Translations under genes and position numbers: made by a program
The notes under the pieces: model-generated
Database searches by the model: none
What the model was told of the DNA's origin: nothing
What the model saw: only the letters and a program-made list of their open reading frames with translations
NCBI GenBank assembly: GCA_013239625.1
Contig: MU056050.1
Span: 5,465,366 to 5,529,365 of the forward strand
Origin: Lama guanicoe
Lineage: Eukaryota
Direction: 5' to 3'
Length of the DNA stretch: 64,000 nt
Shown here: piece by piece, positions 13,148-27,267 of the stretch
Layout: the number at the start of each line of letters is the position of its first letter
How positions within the stretch are numbered: the first letter of the stretch is position 1

Positions 13148-16100
13148 GAGTGACATCAGCATCGTGGCAGCATGAGATGCTTTCTTTGGCTCCCCTCATC
13201 AGTCTACAAGTAGTAAAACACCCAAAACTCAATAAATCTTCCACTGCCCAACACACCAGGATGCCAGAGAGATCCATTCATCTGAACATCTGAAAGTGGA
13301 TGGATTGGAAAACACAAAAGTGGAGGAACGTCGGGAAAAGCGGAGACCGTGCCCAAATATGGGCACCCCAGCAGCAGTGGCTCAGCGTACAAAGCGCCCA
13401 GGATCACAGGATCACAGGGAACTTGGCAGCTGTAACAGCGGGGCTCATGATTCTTATTCCTCCAGCTGCAGTGGAACTTGCCGCTCTGGCCCCCCTGCGC
13501 ATAGCAATGGCATTTGTGACCTAACAAACCTGGATGCAGCAAAGGCGCCATGACCCAGAGTCCCCTCCATTACTCTCCCCCTGCCACAGCAGTGGTGCTC
13601 TCAACATAGGCAAACCTGAACACAGCAGAGGTGCTCACCACCCTGGTGCCCCAGCGGCAATGTCAATGACAGCAATGGCACCAGCAGCCGAAGAGACACG
13701 AGTAGTGATGACATCTCTGGCAGAGACAGAGGAGAGTGGAAAGTGCCGGTTCTCAAGAACAGTCAGAGGCAGCTAAAAGAAACCAAAAATTAGTACAATA
13801 GCACCACCAACTAAAAAAACAAAAGAAATGCCTCAAATTACCAATCTGGTAAATTGCTACAATTAAAGGAAACAAAGCTTTGACTAAATGAGAAAGGTGT
13901 TTCCTAATTTAAATGCAGCAGCAGAGGAACAACACATTAAGCACCATGAAAAACCAGAGTAACATGGAATCACAAAAGAAAATGACAGTTCTGCAGAAAC
14001 TGAACTTAAAAGTCCTAGAAGATTGTGATCTAAATGATACAGAATTCAAAACAGCTATCATAAGGAAACTCAACAACCAATAACAAAACCCAGAAAGCCA
14101 GTTCAATGAGCTCAAGAATAAAACTAATGAAGAGACAGAATACTTTACCAAAAGGATTAAAAATCAAAAAAAAAAAAAACCAAATGGAAATTATTCAGCT
14201 AAAGAACTCAATAAATGAGATAAAGAATGCATTAGAAGGGGGGGGGTCTAGCTCAGTGGCAGAGTGCATGACTAGCATGCATGGCATCCTAGGTTCAATC
14301 CCCAGAACCTCCACTAAAAAAAATAAATAAACCTAACTACCCCCCTCAAAAAAAGAATGCATTAGAAAGCATTCAAAATAGAGCATACCGTGTAGAAGAC
14401 ATAATTAGTGAGTCTAAAGACAGAAATCTAGAAATGATTACGGCAGAAGCAGAGAGAGAACTAAGATTTTTAAAAACTTAGAAATACAACAAGAATTATC
14501 GAACTCCACAAGAAAGAGCTACCTAAGGGAGGGTAAAGGGTGTACCACAAAAAGAAGAGAGACAAAGGGGCAGACAGAGCTTATTTAAAGAAAAAATAGC
14601 TGAGAACTTCCCAAACCTCAGGAAGGAAATGGATATAAAAGTTCACAAAGCTAAGAAAACACCTAATTATCTCAGCACAAAAAAGATCTCCAAAACACAC
14701 AAAGCAAAAACTGTCAAAAGTCAAGGACAAATTTGTAAAGGCAGACAGGGAAAAAAGAAAGTAAAGTATAAAGGAACCGCCATTAGGCTATAAGCAGATT
14801 TCTCAGCAGAAACTCACCAGTCCAGGAGAGAGTGGAATGACATTCTCAAAATATTGAGGTAAAAACTGTGAGCTAAGAGGATGCTATTCAACAAAATTAT
14901 CATTCAGTACTGAAGGAGAAATAAAGGCTTTCCAAGAAAAAAGCTGAGGGACTTCGTCATCACTAGACCTGCTTTATAAGAAATGTTGAAACAACTTACT
15001 CTAACTGAAATGAAAAGGCAAAAGTACACAAAACATTGAGTTAGGTGAAAAACAGAAGCACAAAATTTCGAATCTGTATTAAAAGAGATAAAAGAAATTA
15101 TAGCGAAAAGGTTAAGTATAAAAAAGTATTAAAAATAACAATAGATACTTCAGTTAGGTAACAAAGCCACTACACGAAAGGAAAAATCTGTGACAATAAA
15201 AACATAAAAAGGGAAGAGGAAAAGGACAGAACCTGTATAAGCAATGAAAATAACATTTTATCAACAAGAAAAAAAAGGTTATTTTATCCAAGCAATATTT
15301 TATACAAACTTCAGGGTAAACATACAACATAAATCAAGAGCAGAGACAAGGAACATTAAAAAAAAAAGAAGAAACTGAGAAAAAAAATCACAGAAAACCA
15401 CCAAACTGAAGTGTCAAATAGAAATATAAGGAAAAGAAACAATGGAGATATAGAATGACCAGAAAACAAAAGATAAAATGGCAATACTAAGTCATTATCT
15501 ATCACCAATCATCCTAAATATAAAATGATTGAATTTACCAATCAAAAGACACAGAGTGGTTGGATTGACTTTTTTCTGTTGTAACGACCCACCTGTGCTG
15601 TCTCCAAGAAACAGACCTCAGCTCAAAAGACAAATATGGCTGAAAAATGAAGGGAAGAATGATGATTCTCCAAAGAAAAGGCAGCCAAAACAAAGTGGGT
15701 GTATTCATACTCGTATAAAACAAAATAGACATCAAGCCAAAAAGCTAACAAGAGACACAGATGGACTTTATGTAATGATAAAGGGGGGCAACTTATGAAG
15801 AAAGCATATGTACACACACAAATACACACACGCACACACACCCCTAGTATAGAATCACCAAAATATACAAAGCAAGTATTAAAATTAACAAAGGGGAGAA
15901 ATTGACAGCAACACATTAATAAAGGACTTTAACAACCCACTTAAATCAATGGCTAGATCATCAAGACAGAAGGTCAACATAGAAATAGCAACCCTGAAGG
16001 AAACATTAGACCAAATAAACAATACATACATACAGAACATTTCATCTAAAAGCAACAGAATATACTATCTTCTCAAGTGCACATGCAACACTCTCAAGAA

Positions 16101-19030
16101 TGGACTATGTATTGGGACACAAAACAAATCTCAAGAAGTTTAAGATTAAGATGATATCAAACATCTTTTCTGACCAAAATGGTATGAGACTAGAAATCAG
16201 CTATAAGAAGAAACCTATAAAAATCACTAATGTGTGGAGATCAAATCACTAATGTGTGGTGACTAAACAACATGTCCCTGAATAATTGTTGAGTCAACAA
16301 AGAAATCAAAGGAGAAATCAATAAATACCTGATGCACAATGAAAATAAGACATACCCAAATCTATGGGATTTAACCAAAATAGTACTAAGAGGGAAGTTT
16401 AAATCAATACAGGCTTGCCTCAAGAAGCAAGAAAAGGCTCAAATAAACAATCTGACGTTACACCTTAAGGAACTACAAAAAGAAGAACAAACAAATCCCA
16501 ATGTCAATAAAGGAAAAAAATAGTAAAAATCAGAGTAGAAATATATAGAGACCTAAAAGGCAATAGAATAGACCAATGAAACTAAAAGGTTGCTCTTTGA
16601 AAAGATAAGCGAAAAATAACAAACCATTAGTTAGATTCATGAAGAAGAAAAAGGGAGAATGTTCAAATATGTAAAATCAGAAACAAAACAAGATAGGTTA
16701 CACCAGATACCAGAGAAACATAAAGGATTAAAAGAGAATACTATGATCCACTATACTCCACCAAACTGGACAACCTAGAAAAAATAGGTAAGTTTTTAAA
16801 ATCATATAGACTTTCAAGATTAAATCATAAAGAAATAAATCTGAATAGACTGATCACTAGTAAGGATATTGAAACAGTAATTAAAAAGCTTCACAAAAAC
16901 ATAAAGTCTGGGACCCTATGCCTTCACTGATGAATTTTACCAAATATTCAAAGATTTAATACTTCTTATTTTCAAACTCTTCAACAAAAGTGAAGAGGAT
17001 GCAATGCCACCAAATGAATTTTACGAAGACAACAATGCCATGATAACAAAAAAGGGCAAGGTGAAGACACACAAAAAAAGAAAATTATAGGCCAATAACT
17101 CTAGTGAACATAGATGGAAGCATCCTCAACAAAGTATTAGCAAACCAAATACAAGAACACACTATTAAATTATCAATAAATCCCATTATCAAGTGGGACT
17201 TATTCAAAGGATGCTAGGATGATTTAACATCTGCAAATCAATCAACCTAATACACCACATTAAAAAAATAAAGGATAAGACTAATACAATCATTTCAATA
17301 AATGCAGAAAAGTATTTAACAAGATTAAAAATCGATTATGATAAAAACTCTAAATAAAATGGACACAAAAGGAACATACCACAATTTTAAGAAAGGCGTA
17401 AATGAAAATTGCATGTCTAATATCATAGTCAATCGTGAAAAATTTAAAGCTATCCTTCCAAGATCAGGAATAAGACAGTGATACTCAATCCTGCCACTCT
17501 TATTCAGCATCTTATTAGAAGTATGAGCCACAGCATTTAGGCAAGAAAAAGAAAAAGGCCATCCAAATTAGAAAGGAAGAAGTAAAACCATCACTGTTTG
17601 AGGATGACATGATTTTTGTATATAGAACACCCTAAAGACTCCACAAAAATATTATTGGAAATAATAAATACAAACAATAAAGTCTCAAGGTACAAAATCA
17701 ATATACAAAAATCTGTTGGATTTCTATATACTAAGAGGAAACTATCAGAGAAAGAAACTAAGAAAACAATCCCATTCATAACTGAAATTTAAAGAATAAA
17801 GTGTCTAGGAATAAATTTAACCAAAGAATTAAAAGATCTGTACACTGGAAACTACAAGGCATTGAATAAAGAATTTGAAGACACAAAGAAATGGAAAGAT
17901 ATTCCATGATCATGGATTGAAAGAAGTAACATTGTTTAAATATCCATATTACCTAAAGCAATCTACAGATTAAATATAATCCCTATCAAAATCCAAAAAA
18001 CATTTTCCACAAAAATAGAACAAAAAAATCCTAAAATTTGTTGAGAACCACAAAAGAAAACAAGTAGACAATGCAATCCTGAGAAAAAGAACAAAGCTGG
18101 AGGCATCACACTCCCTAATTTGAAATTATGCTACAAAGCTATAGTAATCTAAATAGCATGTTACTGGTAGAAAAAGAGAAACTCAGATGAATGGATCAGA
18201 ACTGAGAGCTCAGAAAGAACCCTATATATATATATATAAATTATTAGGATGCTCAAAATCAAAACCACAACAAATTATCACCCTCCCTATTTAAAATGGC
18301 TATTATCAAAAAGACAAGAAATAATGTGTCAATAAGGATGTGGAGAAAAATGAACCCTTAAACTCTGTTATTGGGAATATAAATTGATGCATCCACTATG
18401 GAGAAAACAATATGGAGATTTAAAAAAATAGAACTACCATATGATCCAGTTATTTCAATTTTGGGTATTTATCTGAAGAATATGAAAATGGTAACTTGAA
18501 GATATATGCAACCCTATGTTCATCACAGCATAATTTACAATTTTCAAGATATGGAAACAACCTATGTGCCCACCGATGGATAAATGGGTAAAGACAACAA
18601 TGGGGTATAATACATACACACACAATGGAATATTACACTAAGACCACTCCCCCCCACGCCCCAAAAAAGGCCATGAAATCTTGTCATTTGCAACGACATG
18701 TATAGAAATTTAGGATGCTATGCTAAGTGAAGTAAGTCAGAGAAATACAAATACTGTATGATTTCACCCATGTGGAATATATATTTAAAAAGCACCAAAT
18801 AATCAAATAAACAAAACAAAACAAAAATATATAGATACAGAGAACATATTGGTGGTTACCAGAGGGGCAGGGTGTGGGGAGGACTAAATGGGTAAAAGAG
18901 GTCACCTTTAAGGTGATAAATGTAAACTAGATTTTTGGTGCTGTAGTGTGACAGAACTCAAATTGTAATGCTGTACAAATGAAACTTATCTAATCTTAAA
19001 AACCAATCAGTGTTACCTCAATTAAAAAAC
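13148..19030 (+). mobile_element. Near full-length decayed L1 (5'UTR, ORF1 from ~13913/13946, ORF2 from ~15478, 3'UTR)
   Basis: L1-like 5' start gagtgacatcagcatcgtggc and CpG-containing 5'UTR. ORF2 endonuclease-like start (LN.K.LNLPIKRHR) and RT motif tttgaggatgacatg (F.DDM) at ~17597. Ends tgttacctcaattaaaaaa. Possible decayed TSD aaaagcttcgtaaga / aacaacttcatgaaga. Confidence 0.93.
14238..14351 (+). mobile_element. Vic-type SINE inserted in L1 ORF1 with 16-bp TSD
   Basis: gggtctagctcagtggcagagtgc..ggttcaatccccag (A and B boxes). Perfect TSD aaagaatgcattagaa at 14222-14237 and 14352-14367. Confidence 0.95.
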
Positions 19031-20349
19031 AACTTCATGAAGAAGCAAAAAGTCATGCTAGTTTTCAAACTTGAAACTTATCTATGAACCATTGTAGGAT
19101 AATATAACTTAAGAAATGTTAATTACTTCTGAGAAAGACTTGTATTTCTAATAGTGTCACAGGTAACTTGTATTTATATATACACACAGAGATGTTCACA
19201 CTACACTGTCACATTGTAGGGAATTTGCATATTTTATTACCTGTGTTTGAAAGTGTGTGCATTATAAACAGCTTTTTAAGGTTATCTGAATGATAAACTC
19301 ATTCAGCATTGTTTCCACCTCATTTAAGAAAGACAATGCTAATTAAATTAACCATGTGTTTTTTTTTCCCTTAACTCAATAGTATTTCTATTAATAATTT
19401 TGTGAAAGTTATAAATGTCAACTTCCACATGAATGGTAGTGACAAATTAAGTAGGGAATAATTTAACTCACTCAAAACTTAAAAAATCTTAAGATTATTT
19501 CTTTGAAGTTGACTAAACATAAAAGACAAAGTTACTGGCATATTCTGGCAATAATATTTAATTATTCTTAACAGGACAAGTTTTTAAGGTTCAGGCAAAT
19601 GGAAACATTTTCCATGTACAACTTCTGTTTGAATTTTATGACTGATAAACTTAAGGATTTGTGTTGTTGTTGTTTTTCTTGTCTGTGATCTTTCTCATGA
19701 AAGACGTTTTTGTGTATATCAATATCAAAATGTCATGACTAATACTGCCGCTTATTCTTCTACTAGTACAACTAAAGTACATTTTGTTAATATCACAAGA
19801 TTGATTGACACGTACATCTGGTACTTTATGTGGGTAACCACATAACCTGAAAAAAATATTTGAAGATTTTATTTATAAGCCTAGGTGGATATGAATAACA
19901 AAGCTGCCAACTTGAAGGGGATAGTAAAAAATGTAATACTAAGCTCAGCCTAAGATCCTTCCTGAAATATTTGTTATCACGTTAAGAAGCATGAGATAAG
20001 TGACAGCTCTACAAAAGAAGAAAATTCTTCTATTACTACTAAAAATAAAGCAATGCCAAATCTTCTACTCCAAGCCTCTTTTTCCCTAGAGGACAGCAAT
20101 TTTTATAAATCCCAATGTCTTCTACATGAACTTCTGGGAAGTTTACTTATCAATTATTACTGACTGTGCCTAAATCAGTTAACTATTAACAAGCAGAGTA
20201 GTTAAATTCAAAGCATTAAATCAAAGTCAAAATGTATATATATAAATTGTGATTAATAATTCAATGAAATGTAATAGAAACAAAAATAGATAATAATCAT
20301 AATTCATTCATGTATTTCTATTTCTATTTCTAAAAGCACTACTATTAAT

Positions 20350-20446
20350 ATTTTGAGTGCTTACTATGTACCAGGTTCTGTGAACACTGTATGGATTATC
20401 TCATCTTAAAATCATAATATTATCTCCATTTTACAGACAAGGAAAT
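20350..20446 (-). mobile_element. MIR fragment interrupted by the LTR
   Basis: ttgagtgcttactatgtaccagg..atctccattttacagacaaggaaa is the antisense MIR core. Confidence 0.7.
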
Positions 20447-21130
20447 TGTCAGATGTTGCAGCATTCCAGTTGACATAAAAAGAAATTGTGAAAAAGCACA
20501 CATTCGAAGTAGTAACCAAAATTTATTTTTCTTTGGTGGGACACAATTGTAAAGCCTCCGTTATCATAATAAATTGCTAATAAATTATGCTTAAATACTC
20601 TTCAACAAATGGAAATCGTGTATGAAAAATATTGCCAGCCATATCAGTAAACAAAGAATGCTGTGGCCAAGTCATCAGCTGCTACTGCCACTCCCCTGAC
20701 AGTGAGCAGAGGGAACTCACAATGTAGACAAACAGGCAGCCTAGGCTCTGCAGCCACCCCCAAAGGTACCCCCTGAGGGAACCCAGGATGGGAAAGAACA
20801 GGATACTGGCCCTAGATACCTAGGTCCTTATCAAAGGAATGATTTCAATGAGCCCAGACCTTTGCGCCTTCCCATACACAGAGAAGCGCTCAATTCCTTA
20901 ACTTGAGATCTCTGGCTTTCTTTAATTAACAGTAGTAATCTTTTGATGTTCCAACTTTCTGTTCTTTGTTGTGAAAATTCATATACCCTGGCTTCTACCT
21001 TGCCACTTTTAAACAGCCTCTTGGAGTGATCTGAGATGCTCTGTCCTGGGCTCAAGTCCTAAGAAAATCTGCTAAATAAAACATAATTCTCAACTTTTAA
21101 TTTAGGTTGTGCATTTTATTTCCGGCAACA
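20447..21130 (+). mobile_element. ERV1 solo LTR, MER41-like (cetartiodactyl)
   Basis: TG...CA ends (tgtcaga..gcaaca), AATAAA near 21075, and 3' end aaataaaacataattctcaactttt..ggttgtgcatttt like MER41-type LTRs. 4-bp TSD aaat/gaat with one mismatch. Confidence 0.8.
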
Positions 21131-24100
21131 GAATTAAAACATCAACAAAAACTATTGGTTTGAAAGGTATTTAATTGGCCATGTTTCACATTTCTGAGCT
21201 ATTAGATCATATTAAATGTATGATTTATCAGCTGTTACTGGATACAAAGGAGATGTAAATCCATATTTATAGGGGATGACCCAGACCATGAATGACTAAG
21301 AATTAGAGACTAGAAAGGTATAAGGTAATGAGCAACAGTAAATTAAGGACGTCCAGACAAATAGGAAAATAGGAAATTTACATATGAAAGGTCCAGCAGA
21401 GTCTAGAAACAAACACAACAAATTAGGGCCTTTTAGTTTTTCAAGGAGTCAAATGTTAAACATTTTCAGGTATGCGGGCTCTTCTAGAAATCTAACAACA
21501 GGTAGTGGCTACCCAAACATTAAAGAGCCTGGTATGGAGGTAAATATTTATAGAAAATTGGAAGCACCAAGGAGCAAGAAAGAATCCAAGTTCCTGGACA
21601 ACATGGATATCAAGGCATAAGGAACAAATCAGAAACTCAAATACCAGAACTAAACAAGAAGGTGGTTATTTGATTACAAGAAAGATACAAGAGCCAAATT
21701 TTGGGAATAGAGCATCGGTTCAAAATTGGACCAGTGGAAAGTTGGCTCGGTGGTAAGTAAGCTGATAATGGAGGAAACCTTGGTCTTTTGACGTCCCCTA
21801 CTCTAGGGGCAGACTGTTTCTAAACCTATGAAGGTTTGAGCTTGGATATAATGGAAAACAATAGTGATGTCTGGAGATTCCAGGAACAAAGAATCTAACT
21901 CAATACTACAGAGTGAACTAAAATGAAAGCATAAGAATCAGGAAATATTTTTTACAATCACTTTTTCTTCTGAAAAATAAACAGAAGTTATCTGTAGTAT
22001 ACGCTTATCTACATGTTTTTTAATATGACTAAGAGGGAAGGAGATTAATGTTTTTCTGAGCATTTTCTGATTGATGAACACGATACCAGATTTTTTGAAA
22101 TGCTATCATAATTTTTAGTCAGACACTATGTCCACTAGATAGCTGCATAATGATTTAAAATAAAATTTAAGAATTTATGCTTTAAAGAATATAACAAAAA
22201 GTGATTTCACTAACCAATTTTAAAAAATAAAATTGAACTGAGCAAATCTAGACCTATCAATCATCTTAATGTGGGCAAAGACATTTTCTTCTACTCTTTT
22301 TAGTTTAGGCTCCAACACTAGGCAGTGGATTATAGAGAGACTAGAACTGATTAGCAAGAGTGACAATCCTAATGCTAAACCAGCCTAGCCAGGTCATTAC
22401 AACGAAAATTGATTTGTAAAAATATTCTACCAACAAGAGATGCTACATTGTAGTAAATACATTACTACTATACTACTGTAACCTCAATGTTTATGTTATT
22501 TTGACTTCTAAATTAATTTGTGTCGGGGGTGAATTTTTGTATACTTTAGGAGTATGATTTTAGAATATGGTGTATTTAATGATATAGTTCCTGGATATAA
22601 TAATATTCTGTCCTGGAAATTTTAACCAAATTCAAAAATGTCCATAAATAAAATAATTGAAATTATTTACCTCTAGACTATACAACATATTCAGAATCCA
22701 GTAAGGGATCATTAAATAAGATATGTTTAGAGTATACAAGATCTACCTCAGTAAATGTTTGGCTCTGAAAATGTTTTAATAGTGCTATGTAAATTTTAAA
22801 AATAATTTTGTACCAAAATATTTGGTTTTGTGGCTCTAGCGCTCACAGAGGGCTGATACTGATTGAGCACTGATTCATCATTAGGATCTTCTAAGATGCA
22901 GAGAAGTAAAATATTTAAAGTTGGAGGACTCCCTTCCGACACTGCAATTGGGATGCTACTTCTATCAGATCAAGGATACACAAACACGTGTGCGTTAATG
23001 ATAGCTACACAGAGTAGCAATTCCATTTTTTCTAAAAAAATCTATAAATGGGATCACCTTTTATTACTCTTTTGACTTGAGGTGAACTTGAAGTAGACTT
23101 GACATTTATATCTATTCAGGTCAGACACACTTAACTCTACATGGTGCAATTCCAAGAGTCCCTCAGGAAATGCTGCTCAGTCTTAATGAATGCATAGACT
23201 TGCTTTATGTTTTCCCAAAGCCAAGCAAGGCTCAGTTCAAGCTTGGCTAATATCCAGGTTTGGAGAGCAGAGAAACATGAGATGACTGTGAATATATTAA
23301 TGCAGAGCACTGCAAGTATTAAGAAAATAAGAAAAGAGATAGTAGGTTGCCACTTCAAAAACTGTCACGGGCATCTATTAAACATGTCGCACACAGACCT
23401 AGCTAATGCTTAAGCAGCCCTCATAGTTCACAAGAACTCATCAAGGCAGGCTCAAATGTGAGAAAATTCTGTAATACAATTTACCCAGGGATCAGAAATA
23501 TTAAGTTACTTCACTTCATAGACCCTTCTTTGTGAAGTTGAGACCTAGATTTTGAGTGATTTGAGAAACCAAATTTGAAGAGGGCACAATAGAGTCACTT
23601 AAGTACCGAGAACAATATTTACACAATACAATGATTATTATTATTTAGATCAAGCCATTTATTCCAACTCTATAAAGCTTAATAGACATAGAGAAGTTTA
23701 GGCAAAGCACAGTAGGCCAAATAGCTAGAGATGCCACAGAGCCTGAGAGGAACTGGCAGACTGACAATTATAAATTTTCAGTCTGGAAAACTTCTGTCAA
23801 AATATATCAGAGCGTCAGCCCTGGTTTAGTAATAATGTGAAAACATATTCAGTTGGCCATTAAGACATCTAAATTAATCAATTTTAATTTTTAAAAAATT
23901 TAACCTAATATTTGAATCTCTTGCAAAAGCAAGAAGCATGCATTATTGAATTGAACAAAATATACTGCATACCTACTATGTACTGAGTGCTGCAGGAGGT
24001 ACAAAAGAATTAAAACATACTCTCTTTCCTCAAAATTTTTAAATTTATTACAGAAAATCAATATGTTCACCAGTGCACAGCTAACTAATGAAGAAAGGAG

Positions 24101-24739
24101 TTAAGTGCTTAGTTGAAATATATGTTCTAATAAAACAGCCTACTAGCATCCAGTTTGTTGATTAATTATAAAGGTACCTCTCCTTAAATGAAGTTTAGAA
24201 GTTTTGAATCTTGTAGGATTTTCTTCTTTATTTCCCATACTAGTTTTTCCAAACACTGAGAAAAACGTTTATTTACAATCAGAGAAATGATGCTATGATT
24301 TTTATGTTTCACACTGGTGGGGAGTTTCACTACAATACTAAAAGAGAAACAGAAAATACTAAAAATAGAGAAACACACAATATACTATAATTTCTTTAGT
24401 TAGACTTGTTGCTTATGTAGTGTATTGACTGAGGCTATTTTTTTTATTTAGTTGGTAAATACTTACATAGTTCATATTCTGTGTCAGTCGCTATTGCTAC
24501 AGCACCGTCTCTTGCTCTACCTTTCAAATGAACAATGCTTTCAAGTTACTTCTCTGCTCACTGGTGTATTACTCCACTCTTTCCTGTACAACTATTCTAG
24601 TCCTTTTCTCTGCTGCCCTCAATAAAGTACATCTATTTAAAGGATTTGCCGGGTGGTGGTATGCAAATACATGATAACAAAAGGAAGAGGTAGCTAATGT
24701 GTTTAATCACATACTTACTCTAACAGCTGCTCTTCTTAG

Positions 24740-24935
24740 AGGCACTGGGTTAGATTCAGGCACTTTACTAGTTACTCTGTTGTCTCATTTAATACCCACT
24801 ACAACACTGAGAGAGACATGCATTCTCACTTAACATATGTGGAAACTGAGACTCAAAAAATTAAGATAACGTTACTAAGAATTGATATTTGAACCAAGGC
24901 ATCTCTGACTCCAAAGCCTGTGCTTTTTCCACCCC
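24740..24935 (-). mobile_element. MIR
   Basis: tctcatttaatacc..ggaaactgagactca..atttgaaccaaggc..tctgactccaaagcc. Confidence 0.8.
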
Positions 24936-26240
24936 AAAGATATTCTGTCCTAATCCTGAGCTGGAAAACACCTGGTATGTATGCTTCCACTCCTCTCTCC
25001 CATGTCCTTGGTAGTCACTGCTGAATAGTCACAATCCCTTTCAGCACAGTGTGCTAGCTGCCTCTGTGAAACGGACTGAAATTGACATGGGAGATGACAT
25101 AGTTTCATCATCGTTGCCATAATCCAAATGCGAAAATTTTCTCATTGTATACGTTTAAATGCTTTTAAATACTTCTATTAAATGATAGTCTATCCACAAC
25201 TGTTTGCAGGTAACACTCAACTGAGGCTAATGAAAGAGAAAAAGAGGACAGAAAGGGGATCAGTGCTCAAGTTTTAGCACTATGGCAGATTTTCCAAGAA
25301 AGAAATTTTATAGGGTTAAAAATAAGCTAAAACAAGTATTTTTTCCTACATCTAGATCAGCAATATTCTTTGCTGAACAAAGTTGAAAGACAATTTGAAT
25401 CTTAGGGTGATGATGCATAATTAAACACATAAATGTCAAATTCAGAAATAACCTCAAATTCAACCATAAAATGTATATTTTAGAATAATTATCTCAGTGC
25501 TAAGACACAAAAATGTAAGAAAAGTGTGAGAGCCACCTGTTCTTTTCTTTCCCCAGTTAAACAGCAAACATGACTTTCAGTCAAATCAATATATTCCTTT
25601 AAATGAACTCAAATGCTCTAATGCACTTTGAGTAGCTGCTTTGCTGCTTTTTAGCATTAAATGCACTTCTAGGACTCCGTATCATAGAACAGGCATGTAT
25701 ATGGATTTTTTCTTATTTGTTTATATTATATTTTTATTAACTTTTAATTTATAACAATTAAATCAGTAGGGAATATAAAAATTTAAACTTATTGGGGATC
25801 AGTATATATTATACTGAAAAATACACGTTAATTTATTTTTCAATTGTAAGATATAGCAATACGGTAACAGCATGTACATTTTTTTCTGTATGGTATTCTT
25901 GTCAAAATTGCCACAAGAATATTCCAATAATTTAGAACATTTTCTTGTAGATGTGTAATAGTAAAAACAGCCTTCTTGACAACATTTATGTTGGAGTGGT
26001 ACAGAAACCAAATTTGTATCACTGACAAATAATAGTAACAATTACAAAAACAGCAGTGACATTCTGATATTTACATGCTAGTTTTTAGTTCATGAAGCAC
26101 TCCACTTACATGTTGCTCATTTAGTCTTTACAATAACCTGGAGATTACTCATAGTGTATCTCAGTGATTCTCACTTCAGAACTATGATTCAGTGGACCTA
26201 AATTTTACATACTCATCTACAAGTAACTGCAAAGGAGTAT

Positions 26241-26410
26241 TGCTGCCCAGAGTTCTGGTCCACTCAGACCAGCAGAGTGAGCATCACTGGGGAGCTTGTA
26301 AGAAATGCAGAAACATAGGCCCCACTCCAGACTACTGAATAGAAATTTGCATCTTATCAAGATTTCGCCCAGTGATTCATATGTACATTAAAGTTTGAGC
26401 AGCACTACTC
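26241..26410. mobile_element. MER5B-like hAT-Charlie DNA transposon
   Basis: agcatcactggggagcttgtaagaaatgcaga..ccccactccagactactgaat..gtgattcatatgtacattaaagtttgag. Confidence 0.8.
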
Positions 26411-27211
26411 TAACCACACTTTGAAGGTAGGTTTGGTTATCTTCACACTGATGCTTGGTGTCCTTATCTGCAGATTAGCAAGCTTTCAGTCAAAGGTCTC
26501 TGCTAGCGTTATCATTCATTTATGTAACAAATGTCATTTTTTGTTTGTTTTTAATTGAATACTCACTTCAAACCAGAGACTCTGTTAGCTGTGCTCTATA
26601 AGATGGCAATGAAGAAATACGCAGTCCCTGCCTTTACGGAGTTCATAATCTACCGCAGGGTTTACAGCCATCATCATCGTTATTGCTAGTATCGTTATTA
26701 TTAAAGCCAGATATTAAAAGGATGTAATGGAAATAGACTGAGAGGAGGAGGACCAAATGCTTTCAGCCAGCAGTGTCACACAAGCAAAGGCAAGGAAAAG
26801 TTAGCATATTAGTTTGGCTCCCAAGAGAGAGGGGTCATGGCAAAAGGTACCTCCGGCAGAGGAAGAGTATGAGAGGGGAATGAGGAGAAGGACAAGAAAT
26901 CAATACATGTCTTGAAGTACGTAAGTCATTTTCACAAAGTCATACAGAGTTCTCTTTTGATATAGAAAACATTTTGTGTTGGATATAAGAGACAATAGGG
27001 AAAATAACACGTGTGAATTCTCTCTAGCTCCTGCCTCAACATTTTCTTACTTCTGGCTTCACTGGGGCTGTGTGCCCAGGGCTTACTGACTTTTGAAGGC
27101 TTCAGAAACAAGTTCTATCCTGCTGTGGTTATAAGAGGACTGACTGCACGTGAATCGGATTTCACTTCCCAGAAACTAAGTCTCTCTCACATGAATGTAT
27201 GAATGCCAGAA

Positions 27212-27247
<36 letters not shown>

Positions 27248-27267
27248 GCACGCACGCACGCACACGC
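27212..27267. repeat. Compound microsatellite (TC)n(AC)n(GCAC)n
   Basis: Directly visible. Confidence 0.95.

Noticed and set aside
13204..13776. Overlapping GC-rich ORFs / possible CpG-island gene
   Set aside because: They lie within the 5'UTR of the 13148-19030 L1.
14238..14320. tRNA gene (also 12660-12730)
   Set aside because: tRNA-like heads are followed by SINE tails, one with a perfect TSD; these are SINEs.
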